Virus record (IMG/VR): IMGVR_UViG_3300042355_000002
Location: 1 to 39,911 of that record
Origin: a virus
Lineage: Duplodnaviria; Caudoviricetes
Length of the DNA: 39,911 nt
Direction: 5' to 3' (one strand)
The notes below the pieces were generated by a model. It did no database searches and was not told the DNA's origin. It saw only the letters and a program-made list of their open reading frames with translations. Below, piece by piece: positions 17,441 through 25,845 of this stretch. The first letter of the stretch is position 1. The number at the start of each line of letters is the position of its first letter. Position numbers and translations under genes: made by a program.

Positions 17441-18042
17441 TTCTGCACGGGATATTCCCAACACCGGTTGCCCGGTTCAACCTCGACCGTGAGTTCACGG
17501 AGCGGGAGTTGGAGTTTGTGCTGAAACAACCCCAGCACAACAACGAAGGCAACACCACGAGCGATGATAACTACGTCTTCAACAACATTGAGTTGAAGGG
17601 CTTGAGCGATTTTTGTGAGGCTTCTGTTGCAACGTACCTGAAGGAGATCCATGCCCCGAGCAAGGACGTAAACCTTCGGATCACGCAGTCTTGGTTAAAC
17701 TACACCAAGCCCGGACAGTGGCATCACAAACACGCTCATCCGAACTCTTTTGTCTCTGGTGTGCTGTACATCAAAGCCAACAAAGAATCGGACAAGATCT
17801 ATTTCTACAAGGATGGCTACAAGCAGATCAGCCTGCCGACCGAGAACTGGAACTTGTACAACTCCGAGTCTTGGTGGTTTGAAGCAGTTGCAAAAGAGTT
17901 GATTCTGTTTCCGTCTAGCCTGACGCACATGGTTCAGACCGTGCAGGGCGAAGACACTCGGATCAGTTTGTCGTTTAACACGTTTCCTGTTGGTTACGTT
18001 GGGGATGAAAAATCTCTAACCGGTTTACATTTGAGGGATTAA
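17437..18042 (+). CDS. 2OG-Fe(II) oxygenase superfamily protein (TIGR02466-like)
   Basis: IFPTPV; SWLN; HHKHAHPNS; SGVLY; LILFPSSLTHMV; RISLSFN, giving HxH...H metal ligands and an RxS 2OG-binding motif. Confidence 0.85.
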   Translation: MILHGIFPTPVARFNLDREFTERELEFVLKQPQHNNEGNTTSDDNYVFNNIELKGLSDFCEASVATYLKEIHAPSKDVNLRITQSWLNYTKPGQWHHKHAHPNSFVSGVLYIKANKESDKIYFYKDGYKQISLPTENWNLYNSESWWFEAVAKELILFPSSLTHMVQTVQGEDTRISLSFNTFPVGYVGDEKSLTGLHLRD

Positions 18043-18044
18043 AC

Positions 18045-18425
18045 ATGGCTCACTTTGCTGAAATTGATGACAACAATGTTGTGCTGCGAGTCATCGTCGT
18101 AGCCAACAAGGACACGGCTGACGCTAACGGCAACGAAGTCGAGAGCATCGGCGTGGCGTTCTGCCAGCGTTTGCTGGGTGGGAACTGGAAACAGACTTCC
18201 TACAACGGCAACATTCGCAAGAACTATGCAGGTATTGGCTACACCTACGATGCCGGTATCGACGCATTTGTTCCGCCGAAGCCCTATCCGTCGTGGGTTC
18301 TGAACAGCAACACCGCGCAGTGGGAAGCCCCAGTACCGATGCCGCAAGATGGCAAGATGTACTCATGGGACGAAGCCACGCAGTCGTGGGTTGAAGTTCC
18401 GAGCGCAGGTTCGCTGACGATCTAA
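18045..18425 (+). CDS. Tail-module protein (MAHFA type)
   Basis: MAHFAEID...WKQTSYN..IRKNYAGIGYTYD..DAFVPPKPYPSW...WEAPVPMP...YSWDE. Confidence 0.75.
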   Translation: MAHFAEIDDNNVVLRVIVVANKDTADANGNEVESIGVAFCQRLLGGNWKQTSYNGNIRKNYAGIGYTYDAGIDAFVPPKPYPSWVLNSNTAQWEAPVPMPQDGKMYSWDEATQSWVEVPSAGSLTI

Positions 18426-18429
18426 GCCG

Positions 18430-19119
18430 ATGCTCGGCTTTGTACCTCTTTCAGCAGCGCCATTCTCCGCACTGGGGGAAGGGGCGGTTGTTGTCACGGG
18501 GGTACAGGGCAATGGCTTCGTCGGTACGGTTCTTGTTGTTGCTGATGCCAACACCCTCGTTAATGGGGTCGAGGCAAACGGACAGATTGGAACCGTCTTT
18601 GTCTTTGGTGAAGCCAATGTTCCCGTCACGGGAGTCGAAGCCAATGGGCAGACCGGCACCGTCGAGGTCACCGGAACTGCCACGGTCTTCCTCACTGGGG
18701 TCGAGGCGACTGGCGAAGTTGGCACAGTTGCGGTTGCTGCGGATGCTAATGCTCCAGTTACAGGGGTTGAAGCCACTGGCGCGGTGGGAACCGTTGTTGT
18801 CACGGGCGCAGCCAATGTCACCCTTACCGGGGTTGAGGCAACAGGCGAACTTGGCAATGTCTCAATCTTCATTGAGATTGTTGTCCCGGTCACTGGGGTG
18901 TCGGCCACAGGGCAGGTTGGTACAGTCACGGTCTCGGCTGGAGCCACTGTCTTCGTCACGGGCGTGTCGGCAGTGGGAACCGTGGGGCAAGTCACTGTTT
19001 GGGGTAAGATTATCCCCGGACCAACCGGGCCATGGACACCCATCCCTGATCCAGCAGCATCAACTTGGACACCAGTTAACACGGGCGATTCAGATATCTG
19101 GACCCCGGTAGCAGCGTAG
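18430..19119 (+). CDS. Repetitive tail appendage protein (229 aa)
   Basis: MLGF.PLSAAPFS start; about eight 21-residue repeats VTGVEATGxVGTVxVxAxAxV; W-containing C-terminal repeats. Confidence 0.75.
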   Translation: MLGFVPLSAAPFSALGEGAVVVTGVQGNGFVGTVLVVADANTLVNGVEANGQIGTVFVFGEANVPVTGVEANGQTGTVEVTGTATVFLTGVEATGEVGTVAVAADANAPVTGVEATGAVGTVVVTGAANVTLTGVEATGELGNVSIFIEIVVPVTGVSATGQVGTVTVSAGATVFVTGVSAVGTVGQVTVWGKIIPGPTGPWTPIPDPAASTWTPVNTGDSDIWTPVAA

Positions 19120-19129
19120 AGGTTTAAAC

Positions 19130-20425
19130 ATGCCTAGTACATATTCACCCAACCTCGCGTTGGAACTTATTGGAACCGGCGATCAGGCGGGTACTTGGGG
19201 TAACACCACCAATACCAACTTGGGAACCCTGATTGAGCAAGCTATCAGCGGCTACGAGGTTCAGTCCCTGACCTCGGGAACTACCCTGACCCTGACCATT
19301 CCCAATGGTGCATCTGGTGTAGCCCGGAACATGTACTTGGAGTTCACGGGTAACGGCAGCACGGTCATTGTCCCGTCCAATAAAAAACTCTACTTCGTCT
19401 ACAACAACTGCACCTCTGGCACGATCACGATGAAAGTCGCTGGCCAGACCGGTGTAACAATCCCCAATGGGGAAAGAATGGTTTTGGTTTCCAACGGAAC
19501 CGATGTAGATGAAGCCATCACGATTGAATCCTTGACTGGCATCACCACTAGCACAGTCACCGCTTTTGGCAGTGGCGCTGGCGACAGTGTCACAAGCGCA
19601 ACAGGAACTACCGCAATTGGAAAGAATGCCGGGACGGCGATTACGAGCGGCATTTCAAATACTTTCGTTGGTGAAGAAGCAGGATTAGTTTGCACCGATG
19701 GCATTCTGAATACGGCTATCGGGCTTGCTGCATTAAGTTCTTTAACAAGCGCAAGCGGCAATAGCGCAATCGGTTGGTTTGCTGGAGCCGGAATTACAAC
19801 TGGCTTTAGAAATACTGCTATTGGTAGAAGCAGTATGTCTGCCTGTACGACGGGTGGGTTTAATACTGCGCTTGGAACCGATGCGCTTGATAGCACCAAT
19901 TACGATAATACAACTGGCGTTGGCTCAGGTTCGGCAGTAACAGGAGACAATCAAGTTCAATTAGGCGATTCAGCAACAACGACTTACGCCTATGGCGCTG
20001 TTCAAAATCGTTCTGATTCGCGTGACAAGGCCGACATCCAAGACTCAAACCTTGGGCTTGCTTTTGTAATGCAGTTACAGCCGCGCATGTTCCGCTGGGA
20101 TATGCGAGAAGATTACAAACCGCCTAAACCAGACGAAAATGCCTCCCCAGAAGAATGGAGCGCATGGAGTGAGGCTTGCAAACTTGCCAATCTAACTCAT
20201 GACGGAACACATAAACGCAGCCGCTTCCACTATGGCTTGGTGGCCCAAGAAGTCAAAGTCACGATGGATGCGATGGGCGTAGATTTTGGTGGTTATCAAG
20301 ACCACAGCATCAAAGGTGGCGATGCCGTTTTATCGCTCGGCTACGAAGAGTTGATAGCCCCATTGATCAAGGCCATCCAAGAACTCAAAACCGAGTTCGA
20401 TGAGTACAAGAGGACGCACCCATGA
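19130..20425 (+). CDS. Tail fibre/spike with C-terminal intramolecular chaperone (peptidase S74)
   Basis: GTWGNTTNTNL anchor; NTAIG/NSAIG/NTALG beta-roll repeats; SDSRDKADI autocleavage motif; HYGLVAQEV; YEELIAPLIKAIQEL. Confidence 0.85.
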   Translation: MPSTYSPNLALELIGTGDQAGTWGNTTNTNLGTLIEQAISGYEVQSLTSGTTLTLTIPNGASGVARNMYLEFTGNGSTVIVPSNKKLYFVYNNCTSGTITMKVAGQTGVTIPNGERMVLVSNGTDVDEAITIESLTGITTSTVTAFGSGAGDSVTSATGTTAIGKNAGTAITSGISNTFVGEEAGLVCTDGILNTAIGLAALSSLTSASGNSAIGWFAGAGITTGFRNTAIGRSSMSACTTGGFNTALGTDALDSTNYDNTTGVGSGSAVTGDNQVQLGDSATTTYAYGAVQNRSDSRDKADIQDSNLGLAFVMQLQPRMFRWDMREDYKPPKPDENASPEEWSAWSEACKLANLTHDGTHKRSRFHYGLVAQEVKVTMDAMGVDFGGYQDHSIKGGDAVLSLGYEELIAPLIKAIQELKTEFDEYKRTHP

Positions 20426-20907
20426 TGACAATGGTTTCAACCTTCCTGTCGTTCCTAGCGGGTGGATTGCCCAAGATCCTGTCGATTTTCCAAGACCGAC
20501 AGGACAAGAAGCATGAGTTGGCTCTGGTTGCAGCCCAGAAGGAGCGCGAACTAGCCCTCGCAGAGCGTGGGTTTATTGCACAGGCACGGGTTGAGGAAAT
20601 TAAGTTAGAGCAAATCCAGACGCAGACGGCAGCCGAGGAGCGTCAGGCTCTGTACCAGCACGACATTGAGATTGGCAAAGGCGCATCTCAATGGATGATC
20701 AACCTTCGTGCCTCGGTGCGTCCGGTTGTGACCTACATCTTCGTGTTGGAACTGGTGGCCATCAATATCGCCGGAGTCTGGTACGCCTACAACACGGGTG
20801 TGCCATTTGCCGCTGCGATGGCTGAAGTGTTCTCGGATGACGAGATGCTGATCTTGTCTTCGATCATTGCGTTCTGGTTCGGAACACAGGCGTTTGGCAA
20901 GAAGTGA
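20422..20907 (+). CDS. Putative holin (3-TM type)
   Basis: Hydrophobic N-terminus, RASVRPVVTY, TM segments and C-terminal IIAFWFG; adjacent to the lysozyme. Confidence 0.7.
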   Translation: MMTMVSTFLSFLAGGLPKILSIFQDRQDKKHELALVAAQKERELALAERGFIAQARVEEIKLEQIQTQTAAEERQALYQHDIEIGKGASQWMINLRASVRPVVTYIFVLELVAINIAGVWYAYNTGVPFAAAMAEVFSDDEMLILSSIIAFWFGTQAFGKK

Positions 20908-21392
20908 AAGTCTCCAAGGCTGCCATCGACATGATTAAACACCACGAGGGCGTAAGGACTAAGCCTTACCGCTGCCCTGCGTTGTTGTGGACTGTCGGTG
21001 TCGGCCATGTGATCGACCCAACCCATGCGACGGTGAAGTATGAGGAGCGTCGGAATCTACCGATACCCGAGGGATGGGATCGCACTCTCACGATGGACGA
21101 GGTGGACCGGATACTTTCTCAAGACCTTCGTCGGTTTGAGCGTGGTGTGGTTCGACTTTGCCCTGCTGCTGTTGGCCGTCAGGGAGTCTTTGATGCTCTC
21201 GTCAGTTTTGCCTTCAACGTGGGTCTTGGCAATCTCCAACGCTCTTCCCTTCGGATGAAGGCCAATCGCGGGGAACTGGAAGAGGCTGCTGACGAGTTCC
21301 TGAAATGGACGAAAGCAGGTGGACGGGTATTGCCCGGACTGGTTAAACGGCGCAATGATGAACGTGCGTTGTATTTGTCTGGAGTAGCGTGA
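20904..21392 (+). CDS. Endolysin, GH24 phage lysozyme
   Basis: IKHHEG...PYRCPA..WTVGVGH; FDALVSFAFNVG.GN; FLKWTKAGGRVLPGLVKRR.DE. Confidence 0.92.
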   Translation: MKVSKAAIDMIKHHEGVRTKPYRCPALLWTVGVGHVIDPTHATVKYEERRNLPIPEGWDRTLTMDEVDRILSQDLRRFERGVVRLCPAAVGRQGVFDALVSFAFNVGLGNLQRSSLRMKANRGELEEAADEFLKWTKAGGRVLPGLVKRRNDERALYLSGVA

Positions 21393-23704
21393 TGCCGCTG
21401 TCCAAGGTTGTATTTAAGCCGGGTGTCAACCGAGAGACCACGAACTACGCCAACGAAGGTGGGTTCTTCTCGGTAGACAAGGTCCGGTTCCGGGGCGGAT
21501 ATGCCCAGAAGATTGGCGGCTGGGTTAATCAGAGTTCCAACGGAGGATCGTTTGATGGCGTACCTCGTTCGTTGTGGAACTGGGTGGCTATCGCCGGTCA
21601 AAACTTGTTGGGCGTAGGGACCAACCAGAAATACTATGTAGAACTGGGTGGCACTTATAACGACATTACCCCTCTTGTTAGTACTGTTAGTCTGACCCTG
21701 AACCCGTTCACGACCACCTCTGGCAGTCGAAGCATTGTTGTCAGATCAACTGCTCACGGAACCACTATCGGTTCTTATGTGACATTTACTGGTGCCAGTT
21801 CCTTTGTTGTTGGCGCATCAACCCTGTTGGTCAATGGCCAGTACGAAGTTATTTCGGTTCCCGGCTCAGATACTTTTACCATCTTCGGCCCATCTATCGC
21901 TGCATCTACCGTTACCGGCGGTGGTTCCCACGTCATAGCCGCTTATCAGATCGATGCAGGTCCAGCCGTTTACACGACTCAGGTTGGCTGGGGTGGTCCT
22001 CCTTGGGGTTTTGGAGGATGGGGTTCATCTGATCCTCAAGGAGTTCCGCTACGACTCTGGTCGCAGTTCAACTTTGGTGATGACCTGATATTCGCTGAAC
22101 GGCGAGGATCAATTTATTACTGGCCCTTAGACACTACGACATGGGCCAGAGCCATCAGTCTGGCTGACAAGGCCGATAGTATTGTCAAGTTTTCCACAAG
22201 AGCGACTGCGGCTTCTGGCGCAACTACTATTGTGGTAACCGATGCGACTGGCATTAACACCGGATCGGTGGTGTCTGGTAGCGGTATTGCTGCGGGAACC
22301 TTTGTCACTACAGCATGGACCGGCGGAACCTCTGTCACCATCTCTGCAGCCACTACGTCTTCATTGACTCTGACGGCAGTAGATTTCAGTTACTCCGGTC
22401 GTCAAGTTCCGCCGCAAACCAACTTGGTGATTGGCTCTCCGTTGAATGATTTTACTATCGCTCTGGGTTCCAATCCCTACAGCCCGGTAGATTTCACAAC
22501 TGACTTCGATCCACTCCTTGTTCGCTGGTCAGACCAAGAGAATCCATGGGAATGGGTTCCCGAAGTCACCAATCAATCTGGTGAACGTCGCATATCCAGT
22601 GGATCTGAGATCGTTGCAGGTATCTCCACTCGCCAAGAAATCTTGGTGCTGACTGATACTGCTGTGTTCTCCATGCAGTATCTGGGTCCGCCGTTTGTCT
22701 GGGGATTCAACCTCCTTGACCAAGACATTTCCATTGCGTCCCAGAACGCAATTGCATCCATTAACAACACCGTTTACTGGATGGGAACCGATAAGTTCTT
22801 CGTCTACAACGGTCGCGTTGACACGCTTCCTTGCACCATTCGACAGCACATCTTCAGCAACCTGAATCAAGATCAGATTGCTCAGGTGACCTGCGGTAAC
22901 AACGAGGCGTTCAGTGAGGTGTGGTGGTTCTATCCATCCACCAATAGTTACGTCAATGACAGTTTCGCGGTATTCAACTACCTTGAAGGCGTATGGACTT
23001 ATGGAAGTTTAAACCGCTCTGCATTTGCTCCTCAGACCATCCGCAAGTACGCGATGATGGCATTTGGTATCCAGACCAGTTATCTGGACACCGCTATCGA
23101 TTCCTCTGTTACAACTATTTCTCTCATCAATGCATCGTCCTATCCCAATTCTGGAATCGTTCAGATCGATTCAGAGAAGATCAGTTATACCGGTCTTAGT
23201 GGTAATACTCTTACCGGTTGTGTTCGCGGTGTTGGCGGTACAACTGCTGCTTCGCACACCATCGATACTGAAGTCGCGTTTGTCGCGCCGAATCAGGTGA
23301 TGTTTCACGAAGTCGGCTGGGACGATGTTTCGACGGGAACCCCTGAGCCAATTGAATGCTTCATTCAGACTTCAGACTTTGACATTGGAGACGGCGAGTC
23401 ATTCCAGTTCCTTTCTCAGATCATCCCTGATGTGAAGTTCCTTGGGTCGGACACGGTAAGGAACCCAAACCCGTCTGTAACGCTGGCTCTATATCCCAGA
23501 AACTATCCGGGTTCTCTGTATGGTGATCCGGATACAGGTGCTGTTACCGCGACGGTAGTTCTCCCTGTGGAGCAATACACCACACAGGTCTACACCCGTG
23601 TTCGCGCAAGACAGATTGCGTTCCGAATTGCATCCACCGCACTGGGTGTGGCATGGCAGATGGGTGCGATGAGATTCGACATTCGCCCGGATGGTAAACG
23701 GTAA
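21392..23704 (+). CDS. Tail nozzle/stabilisation protein (P22 gp10/tail tubular B-like)
   Basis: About 770 aa, beta-propeller-like; KPGVNRE.T.Y, DPLLVRWSDQE, YWMG..KFFVYNG, FSEVWWFYPS and terminal RFDIRPDGKR; GGAG SD with TGATG overlap. Confidence 0.7.
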   Translation: MPLSKVVFKPGVNRETTNYANEGGFFSVDKVRFRGGYAQKIGGWVNQSSNGGSFDGVPRSLWNWVAIAGQNLLGVGTNQKYYVELGGTYNDITPLVSTVSLTLNPFTTTSGSRSIVVRSTAHGTTIGSYVTFTGASSFVVGASTLLVNGQYEVISVPGSDTFTIFGPSIAASTVTGGGSHVIAAYQIDAGPAVYTTQVGWGGPPWGFGGWGSSDPQGVPLRLWSQFNFGDDLIFAERRGSIYYWPLDTTTWARAISLADKADSIVKFSTRATAASGATTIVVTDATGINTGSVVSGSGIAAGTFVTTAWTGGTSVTISAATTSSLTLTAVDFSYSGRQVPPQTNLVIGSPLNDFTIALGSNPYSPVDFTTDFDPLLVRWSDQENPWEWVPEVTNQSGERRISSGSEIVAGISTRQEILVLTDTAVFSMQYLGPPFVWGFNLLDQDISIASQNAIASINNTVYWMGTDKFFVYNGRVDTLPCTIRQHIFSNLNQDQIAQVTCGNNEAFSEVWWFYPSTNSYVNDSFAVFNYLEGVWTYGSLNRSAFAPQTIRKYAMMAFGIQTSYLDTAIDSSVTTISLINASSYPNSGIVQIDSEKISYTGLSGNTLTGCVRGVGGTTAASHTIDTEVAFVAPNQVMFHEVGWDDVSTGTPEPIECFIQTSDFDIGDGESFQFLSQIIPDVKFLGSDTVRNPNPSVTLALYPRNYPGSLYGDPDTGAVTATVVLPVEQYTTQVYTRVRARQIAFRIASTALGVAWQMGAMRFDIRPDGKR

Positions 23705-24303
23705 TGGGCGCACCTCGCGGACTAGCCCCTCCAAACCTTCCGGTCGCTGCTGAAAAATACGAGCGGCGATATCAGGATCAGTTCGCGAATGTGTTACGCC
23801 TGTACTTTGCAGCCGTCTCAAACCGACTGACATCACCTACAGCGCATGCCTCGTATTTCGACACCACTACCCAGACCAATCCGGTAGCGGATACTGTCAA
23901 CCTGTTTACCTTTAATTCGGTCGTAACCGAGTTTCAGGTTTCTCGCGGGGTTCCCACATCCAAGATCTATCTTGCGGATACCGGGGTTTACAACTTCCAG
24001 TTTTCTGCCCAGTTAGACAAGACCGGTGGTTCCGCAAGTCCGGTCTACATTTGGCCCAGAATCAACGGGGTAAATCTTCCCGATTCCGCCACCAAGATTG
24101 TCATTGACGGTCCTAACAACGAGATCGTGGCTGCTTGGAACTTTGTCCTTGTCATAGAAGCCAACGACTACTTTGAGTTGGCTTGGCAGGCCGCCGACAC
24201 TAACGTAATTATTCCCTACGTTGCCGCCAGCGGGAACATTCCGGCTATCCCGTCCATCATTTTGACGGTCAACTGGGTATCAAATTACGAGGCTAACCAG
24301 TGA
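23704..24303 (+). CDS. Tail needle/tip-like protein with C1q/BclA-like C-terminal domain
   Basis: PNLP...Y...LRLYF N-terminus; GVYNFQFSAQL...AAWNF...NDYFEL beta-sandwich pattern. Confidence 0.55.
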   Translation: MGAPRGLAPPNLPVAAEKYERRYQDQFANVLRLYFAAVSNRLTSPTAHASYFDTTTQTNPVADTVNLFTFNSVVTEFQVSRGVPTSKIYLADTGVYNFQFSAQLDKTGGSASPVYIWPRINGVNLPDSATKIVIDGPNNEIVAAWNFVLVIEANDYFELAWQAADTNVIIPYVAASGNIPAIPSIILTVNWVSNYEANQ

Positions 24304-24308
24304 TCTCA

Positions 24309-24337
24309 TTGAAATTTAAACGCTGTTACACCAGAAT
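24309..24337 (+). promoter_or_regulatory. Candidate sigma70-type promoter for internal virion genes
   Basis: TTGAAA (24309-24314), 17 bp spacer, CAGAAT (24332-24337) in a 72-bp intergenic gap. ATTTAAAC overlaps the -35/spacer. Confidence 0.35.
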
Positions 24338-24375
24338 CGCGGGAACCGTGGCTCCCAGCAATCATAGGAGTTGCC

Positions 24376-25836
24376 ATGAATAACATGCCATATCAGGGAG
24401 TTGCGAACGAACTTGCCAAGTACGGCAGGTACGGCGATTCAATGTTAGTCCACATGAACCCGATTGAGGTTCAGATGCTGGGGTCTTTGTCCCCCACCGG
24501 ACAACTAACGATTAACCCGGTCACAGGTCAGCCTGAGGCGTTCCTTCCCTTCCTCGCCCCACTGCTTGGATCGTTCTTGGGAAGCAGCCTTTTAGGCGGT
24601 TCCACACTTGGCGGACTACTAACCACTGGCCTTAGTAAGGCAGCGGCAGGGGCCATTGGGTCTGGTCTTGCCACTACCGCAGCCACAGGCGATCTCAAGG
24701 AAGGCATCCTCTCTGGCATCACCGGTTTTGGTTTAGGCAAAGTCTTTGGCGCTATGGGCGGCGCAGACAAACTGGCTGGCGCTGCTGGATCAACGCCGAC
24801 ACCAGCCAATGTGGAAGGGTTCTTCTCCCCAACTGGTGGCGGTGCCGCTCTTAATCAGGCTACCACTGCGACTGCTCCCATCCTTGCTGGCGCTCCGACT
24901 GCCGCCCCTGTTGCTGGAGTGTTTTCGCCAACCGGCGCTGGCGCTGCGTTTAACCCTGTTAATGCGGCTCAGTCTGCAGCAGGCGCTGGTACGGGTGGAA
25001 TGAACTTTTCGGCTGGGCTTGAGGAACTGATGAAGCCCGGTACTTTCCTGCCTATCTATGCGGGAACCAGTGTCACTGAAGGCATTCGTCAGCAAGAAGA
25101 ACTGGATCGCATCATGAAAGAGCAGGGACTCAGCGAGGAAGAAGCCAAGCGTAAGTACGAGGGAGATGCTCGTCGCGCTATTGAAACCGTACAGCGGTTG
25201 TACCCGCAGATGCGTCCTCCCACTGGAATGGCGGCAGGCGGTCAAGTCGAAGGCTACTTCGACGGCGGCATGTTTACCGATATGCAATATCGTGGCCCCT
25301 TTGCCAATATGCAATCTAGTGGGCCAGATTCCGGCTTCTACGACACCGTATACGGTCGTAGCAGTCCGTCTGACATCCAAGGCCGACTCCGTGGAAACAT
25401 CAGCGTTGCTGCTCCGTATGCCAGTTATGGCGCACTGGATGTAGGCGGTCGCGGATATCTTCCGGGTATCGCCCCGGAGTTCCAATACTTCCGTCAGCCT
25501 GAAGAAATCTATCCGCAGGCTCCGTCCATGCCCGGTGGCAAGGGGTCAGGTGGTCGTCGTGGCGGCAATTACGGCGGCTATAACAGCATGCCCGGTGGTA
25601 AGGGTGGCGGCTATGGTGGTGGCTACGGCAACCAGTTCGGCGGCGGTTACGACTATGGGAACCCCTTCGGTGGCGGCTACGGCGGCGGCTATGGAAGCAT
25701 GCCGGGCGGCAAGGGCGGTGGCTATAACACTGGTTATGGTGGCGGCTACGGCAATACGTTTGACCGATACAGCCAGCCTTACAGCAACTATGGTGGAAGT
25801 TCCTTCGGTAACTTCAACCAGATCATGCCGTTTTGA
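24376..25836 (+). CDS. Putative internal virion/ejection protein (486 aa)
   Basis: AGGAG SD; N-terminal GRYGDSMLVH...INPVTGQPEA domain; Gly/Ala hydrophobic segment; MAAGG/YFDGG; G/Y-rich low-complexity tail. Confidence 0.65.
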   Translation: MNNMPYQGVANELAKYGRYGDSMLVHMNPIEVQMLGSLSPTGQLTINPVTGQPEAFLPFLAPLLGSFLGSSLLGGSTLGGLLTTGLSKAAAGAIGSGLATTAATGDLKEGILSGITGFGLGKVFGAMGGADKLAGAAGSTPTPANVEGFFSPTGGGAALNQATTATAPILAGAPTAAPVAGVFSPTGAGAAFNPVNAAQSAAGAGTGGMNFSAGLEELMKPGTFLPIYAGTSVTEGIRQQEELDRIMKEQGLSEEEAKRKYEGDARRAIETVQRLYPQMRPPTGMAAGGQVEGYFDGGMFTDMQYRGPFANMQSSGPDSGFYDTVYGRSSPSDIQGRLRGNISVAAPYASYGALDVGGRGYLPGIAPEFQYFRQPEEIYPQAPSMPGGKGSGGRRGGNYGGYNSMPGGKGGGYGGGYGNQFGGGYDYGNPFGGGYGGGYGSMPGGKGGGYNTGYGGGYGNTFDRYSQPYSNYGGSSFGNFNQIMPF

Positions 25837-25845
25837 GGTACTGAC

